Origin: Malacoraja senta
Lineage: Eukaryota
Reading direction: 5' to 3'
Length of the DNA: 64,000 nucleotides
NCBI GenBank assembly: GCA_038087875.1
Contig: JAXLNO010005099.1
Span: 1-64,000 of the forward strand
The notes beneath the pieces are model-generated. The model worked only from the letters and a program-made list of their open reading frames with translations, was not told where the DNA came from and did not search any database. Positions 58,387 to 64,000 of the stretch are shown in pieces (within the stretch, counting starts at the first letter, position 1; each line of letters begins with the position of its first letter). Both the position numbers and the translations under genes were made by a program.

Positions 58387-61300
58387 ATGGGGCAGCCGGT
58401 CATCCTACAGATAGAGAATATCTACTACCCCATTCTCGCAATAATTGGCGTTCCTGGTAAGTCTGTGTAAAAGTCAATCATTTAAAAAATGTTTTCCTGT
58501 TTACTTATTTCTGCAGTCGGAATAATTGCACTACATGCTCATATAATTCGTGGTCATAAAGGAAGTAAAATGACAGACGTATACATTGCCAGGAAGTCTG
58601 GGATGCAGCAGTATTCCTTGTCTATTTATCACATTAAATTTTATGGTTTTGACATCGTAAAACCTTATGGGGACTTGGCCAAGATCAGCATGAGATGTTT
58701 TCGAAACTGGTCAAAAAGCCAACTCGTCAAGAGTGAAGAGTGTTTGTGTATGATATGCACCGGGAGCGGACCAGTGAAATTCTTAATTGCAGCAGGAAAA
58801 CATGTCTGTAACAGGAACAATCTTGCGGTCAAACAGGACCATTAACAAAATGGCACAAAAATAAACCTACAATAATAACTAGTACAAGGAATTAATCACC
58901 AAGTGTACAACATAGCCGCAATAGTGCGGTCGAATTCAAAGAATTCAAAGTCTTAGAATAAAGGGGCCATTTAAGACTGAGGTGAGAAAAAACGTTTTCA
59001 CCCAGAGAGTTGTGAATTTGTGGAATTTCCTACCACAGAGGGCAGTGGAGGCCAAATCACTGGATGGATTTAAGAGAGAGTTAGATAGAGCTCTAGGGGC
59101 TTGTGGAATTAAGGGATATGGGGAGAAGGCAGGCACGGGTTATTGATTGGGGACGATCAATGAATGGCGGTGCTGGCTCGATGTTTCTATGTTTCAAAAG
59201 TGCAAACAAAATCAAAGTCAAGAGAAGATCTTTCTTGCCGAGGTCGTGGTTAATGTTTGTGTAGTCTGTTCAGGGGCTTGATTTTTGCTGGGAAGAAGCA
59301 GTTCGTGAACCTGGTGGTCACGGTTTTCAGCCTCTTGTACTTGGGATTTTCCGGTATTTTCCGACCACAAGGTAACTAATCAAAACGTCTCCCTCTATGC
59401 TCAGTTTAGTCCGCTTGTTATGACTGTAACATGTTTATGTTGTATTCCATTAGTAAGCGGATAGTGTTTTTTATAGAACTGGTAGTGCCTCGGGAGAAAG
59501 TGGATGAGGCTTATGAAAGGAAAAAGCTTAGATATGTAGATTTGGTGGCAGAAGGTGAACAGCGAGGATGGAAAGCAAGAGTATATCTGGTAGGGGCGGG
59601 TTGTAGGGGTTTCCTAGCACGGTCGACCATGTCGCCATTTGGAGAGCTGGGAATTCGCTGACAGAGTTTGTTTCAGGCCGTAAAGGAAATGTCAGAGGCA
59701 GCAGAGCAAGGCAGTAGGTGGATTTGTTGGAGAAGAAACAGTGGCAGTTGGGGCAGAAATGAAATGTATAGCCCGCGGTAAGTGTATTTCTTTGCAAGTG
59801 CATTCCATGCAAGTGTATCCCGGTTTTATATGTAGGTTTGATATTTGTGGCCCTACGATTGTTTGACCAAGGATTAGGGTAATTGTTTGAAAGGATGCGA
59901 GTGCTTAGCAACTTTTGAAATAATCTTCTGTAGTTTCCTTTACTAAGTAGATAAGTAGTGCACACTAAGTAGTGCACATTAGGCGGTGAGCGCAGGTTGT
60001 GAGTGGGGTGGTTCTGGCAAGCCAAAACTAACTGCTCAGCCTTCCCGACGTGTCGGGGCCCGAACTCAGCAAAACACCAGTGAAGTGAGGTGCCCATTTG
60101 ATAATCCCAATTATATACTAGCTTCTACAAGCTTAGATGTTGTGTGCTTGTTAACATGTAGAGATTGTTTATTACTTAATATGGAATTTGTTTTTGACCT
60201 ACAGCATAAGTGCGTACAGGCAGTTTAATTACTACTTTAGCATTGGGCTTGGATTTCTTGGTTGAACCCTTATTATAGTGTTATAACTTTGTGCTTTAAT
60301 AGTAATTTATGTTCAATGTGTCTTATTTCGAACGAAGTGGTCTGATTGCTTTCCTTTGTCAAAACGACGTAGTTTACTGCTTCCACTTTGTAACGCTGCT
60401 GGCCAGTAGCACGCAAGCAAGCCTGAAAGTAGCTGTAGGAGGTGAGGCAGGCAATTTGTAGACCTAACTAGCCGATCGTTTTACATGGGATCACACGTTT
60501 TGAGAAATAACATGTCCTTAAGTCTGAAATCAACAGAATAGGACAAGACGTAGGGCAGCGTACTTATTGAGTATGTTGCAGTTTACAGATGATGACTATT
60601 TTCACCATAACATAATTTCTGCCTTAGATGCAGGTCAGCGAAGACACATTATTCTGCAAATTGTTTTGTACATCTGTGAATCTTTGAGTTTCACTGGTTT
60701 AGGAATCGAAGAATACATCTAAGAGGGAGGAAATAACGGATAATTGAAATGACAGTTAACAGGTATAACCGGTCATTTTTCAGTTCTAAATAGCTGCTGA
60801 CAATCTACAAATGCCGACTTTCTACACTGAGGATTGCAGCGTAATAATATGATTGACAAAGTAAAACACCGTGTAAAAACACCGTTGTCGGCTATCCACT
60901 CTTGCCATGTAATATAGTGAAAGGTAAATCATAACAAAGGAGAAATCTCTGTTGACTGACCCTTGAAGAACCTATGTAATTATACTTGTGTTGTCTTTTC
61001 GCAGCTAATCTGATGGCGATCGTGATTCTCTGCCGCAGAAATTGCGGTCTATCGAAATGCATCACTCGTTATTTGGTCTGCATGGCAGCTGCCGATCTAA
61101 TGGTTCTGATATTTGAAGTGATTTTGTATGAGATAAAAGACGCCTATTGGCCATATTCATTTCTCAATTATACTCCTGTTTGCAGCGTTAATCTCGCGCT
61201 ATTGTTCTTTTCTATTGATTGTTCGGTCTGGTTAACTGTGGCCTTCACCTTTGACCGACTTATAGCTATTAGTTACCAGTCGCTGCGAACAAAATACTGC

Positions 61301-61906
61301 ACGGAAAAGATCGCGTCAATGGTCATTGCAATTGTATGTTTTGTGAGCGTGCTGGAAAATTTTCCGATCTTCTTTGTTTATGATCCTCGGGAAATACTTG
61401 ATGGTCAGCCATGGTCATGTTATGTAAAGTCAAGCTGCTACACCGCCCCAATGTGGATCGCATTTTTATGGTTGGAAACTATTTTATGCCCATTTGCACC
61501 TTTCGTTTTGATCATGGTCCTTAATTCTCTGACCATCAGGCATATCATACGGGCTAATAGAGTGAGGAGCGCTCTCCGGGGAACCAACAGGCCCACCAGT
61601 CACACAGATGCAGAAATTGATAACCGTAGGAAGTCAATCATATTATTGCTGGCAATTTCAGGCAATTTTATACTCCTATGGATGGTGCTTTTCATTTGTT
61701 ACCTGTTTGTACACTTTACCGACACTCAGTTTTTAGAAGCAAATTACAATGACCCATTCACTATTGCGGAACAATCCGGATATCTGCTGAGGTGCTTAAG
61801 TGCTTGCACAAACACTTTTATTTATGCAGTGTCTCAGGGTAAATTCAGAGATGAATTGAAGAATATAGTAAAGCGTCCACTAAGTATATGCATCAGTTTC
61901 AAATAA
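58387..61906 (+). CDS. Intact two-exon class A orphan GPCR (GPR139-like family), 323 aa: exon 1 58387-58456, exon 2 61005-61906
   Basis: MGQPVILQIENIYYPILAIIGVP G|gtaagt, then ttttcgcag|CT AAT. 70+902 nt gives 324 codons. Seven hydrophobic segments, DRL in place of DRY, NTFIY in place of NPxxY. An in-frame ATG also exists at 58378. Confidence 0.93.
58945..59195 (+). mobile_element. CR1 3' end in the GPCR intron
   Basis: Matches the CR1 3'UTR. Confidence 0.8.
59450..60120 (+). mobile_element. RLE-type non-LTR retrotransposon fragment (HERO-like) in the GPCR intron
   Basis: IELVVPREKVDEAYERKKLRYVDLV...GWKARVYLVGAGCRGF...LGI...AAEQGSRWICWRR. The extent beyond 59760 is uncertain. Confidence 0.65.
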
Positions 61907-62519
61907 ATAATTTATTTTAATCACGTGGTGTAAATTTGTTGTACACGCAACGCATCGACATGAGCCGCCGAGGAAAGTCGGACAGACAACATGTCCCTCA
62001 CATATCATTCGGCACCTCCAACACCAGACCTTTTCACGTGGAATGAGAATACACGTGTTTTGCGAAGGTATTCCGTTCTACCGACATGTTGTCCAATTAT
62101 GTCAAGTCAAGTCAAGTCAAGAGACTCAAGTCAAGAGAGTTTATTGCCATGTGTCCCAGATAGGACCAAGAAATTCTCACCAAATTTTACGAAACCTGAA
62201 AACATTTCCAATTTTCAGGTCAAAATGAAATAAATTCCACAAGATCAATTGCAGTTTTGTATAATTTTAATCGCACTACCTCTAACAAATCCGTCCAATG
62301 CAATTTCTGTAAGTAACGTACTTTGAAAAGCTCTGAAAAAATATTTCAATCAATGGACTATTTGAGAGAATTGTTACACACGCGTTCAATACTTCGAAAG
62401 CTGAGATCATATATGATTTGAAGTATTTTCTTGGTTCAAGAATTAAAACTTAATTGGCAGAATTAAACGGTGACACACAAATGTCATTTGATCCCAGCGG
62501 GTGTTGTGGAATGTACAAA

Positions 62520-62645
62520 TAAGGAACTGCAAATGCTGGTTTACACAAACTGACAAAAAATGCTGGAGTAACTCAACGGGTCATACAACATTTCTGGAGA
62601 ACATGGATAGATGACGTTTATGATCGGGACCCTTCTTCAACTGGT
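62520..62645 (-). mobile_element. Degenerate PLE terminal repeat
   Basis: Minus strand reads TTGAAGAAGGGTCCCGATC...AAACGTCA plus the downstream pLTR sequence. Confidence 0.6.
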
Positions 62646-62819
62646 GTTGTGGGATGTTGAAATGCATCAATGTGTGGACCGTTGGGTATGTTTCTCATTA
62701 ACTACAATATATGGGATGTATACAGAATAATCTGTGTCCGAAACATATGAAATTGTATGTTTTGAATAAACCTATAAATGACTACGAATGAGATATGCTT
62801 GTATATCAAAAAGGTAGGT

Positions 62820-63145
62820 GGGGTTTGGAGGCAACTGTGTGGATGGTGGTGTATGAATTAATCGTGTACTGTCACCAATATCAGCGGACGGACGAAACTG
62901 AGGGGACCTTTCTCCACCAAGATGCAGTACAGAACGCCACAAGAGATCTATTTTCCCTCTGGCTGTCAAATTGTACAACTCCGCACCTTCTGTCGTGGGG
63001 TAGACTGACTCTCACCCTCCCCAATCGGTGCACATCCGCAATCCTTTCCACTCGCCACTTACATTTCATGTTTGATGTATCTTATGTTTTATTGCTGTTT
63101 GCACGAATGGTGCTATACAAATAAAATTGCCTTGCCTTGCCTTAT
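62820..63145 (+). mobile_element. Rex1/L2-like LINE 3' fragment
   Basis: Similarity to LINE ORF ends (SFFPxAVxL-like) and a (CCTTG)n-like tail. Confidence 0.5.
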
Positions 63146-64000
63146 GACTGTTGGCAGACCAATTTTTCTCCTGGGATTAATAAATTCTATAGTATCGTAT
63201 CGTGATTTGCAAGATAACGATTACCGCATAACGGATGAGCGAATTATTCATGGCACATTGGCACGAAGGCCCACACATGTTTGGCGGAATTAAAGTAACA
63301 ATGGCGAGAGAGGATAGTGTGGGAGTGAATTGTGTGTTGGACCAGTACCCTGAATCTATCTTTCACGTGGGGTCGAGTTTCCCTCTTAATTACTGCTCAG
63401 ATCGGGGGAGCACAAAAAAATCTCATAGAGCAGAGGTGTGTTTCTCAAACACTTGCTTTATTCAAAGCCTGAGAATGCCGGAAAACGTTTTAAGAGGACC
63501 CAATATGTTTTCACTATTTCACAGCCTCAGCAGCCATTATAGTCATGCGATTCATTAGATCCACATGAATCTTACATTTTAAAACTAATTGATCAGAAAA
63601 GTTTATTTGCAGTATTTCATCTTTGCTTCCTTTTCTTAGAGTTACTTCCAAATTTCTATTCACAGTAGCTTGGAAAAACATTCTCCCACACGTGTGACAC
63701 ATGGGTAGACATGAGATATAATCTTACGATCAGTTTTATTGTCCTCAACCTGTTTCACAATATCCGATGTGTCGGAAGGAACTGCGGATGAAGTTTAGTT
63801 TAGTTTAGTTAAGTTTAGAGATACGGCACGGAAAGAGGCCGAACGTGTATGGAGAGCTAGAGTACACATACAAAAGCAAAGGTACACTCGGAAATCTCAC
63901 AAGAAACTGAGTATGAGTTAGCCTTTGACAATTTATTGAAACTAAATATATAGAAGAAACGGGCAAATGAAATTGGGGGAAGTGTGGTTGATCATAAAGG

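Noticed and set aside
63235-63702. Short ORFs at the window end
   Set aside because: No motifs, splice support or compositional signal.
1-64000. CRISPR arrays, operons or prokaryotic defence systems
   Set aside because: The DNA is clearly vertebrate, with spliceosomal introns, LINEs and SINEs, and there is no repeat-spacer periodicity.

Overview
Eukaryotic genomic DNA, most likely from a cartilaginous fish (skate or ray). This is inferred from HE1/V-SINE-type SINEs, HER1/CR1-type LINEs and two-exon GPR139-like GPCR genes. Most of the window is nested transposable-element DNA: two full-length Gypsy (Mag-like) LTR retrotransposons with matching TSDs (1976-6740 minus, 42148-46747 plus), a related solo LTR split by a DNA transposon with a 5-bp TSD (17800-20306), many CR1 copies including a nearly intact one (10678-14804), three L1 copies, Penelope-like fragments whose termini carry minimal hammerhead-ribozyme cores, Rex1/L2 pieces, a HERO-like RLE fragment and tRNA-derived SINEs. 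Host genes are one intact two-exon class A GPCR (58387-61906 plus), a divergently oriented paralogous pseudogene (33168-38656 minus) and an isolated MHC-type Ig C1 exon (21882-22148 plus) whose expected splice acceptor reads AA. There are three assembly gaps. All alignments and counts were done by eye, and most TE boundaries without a TSD are approximate.
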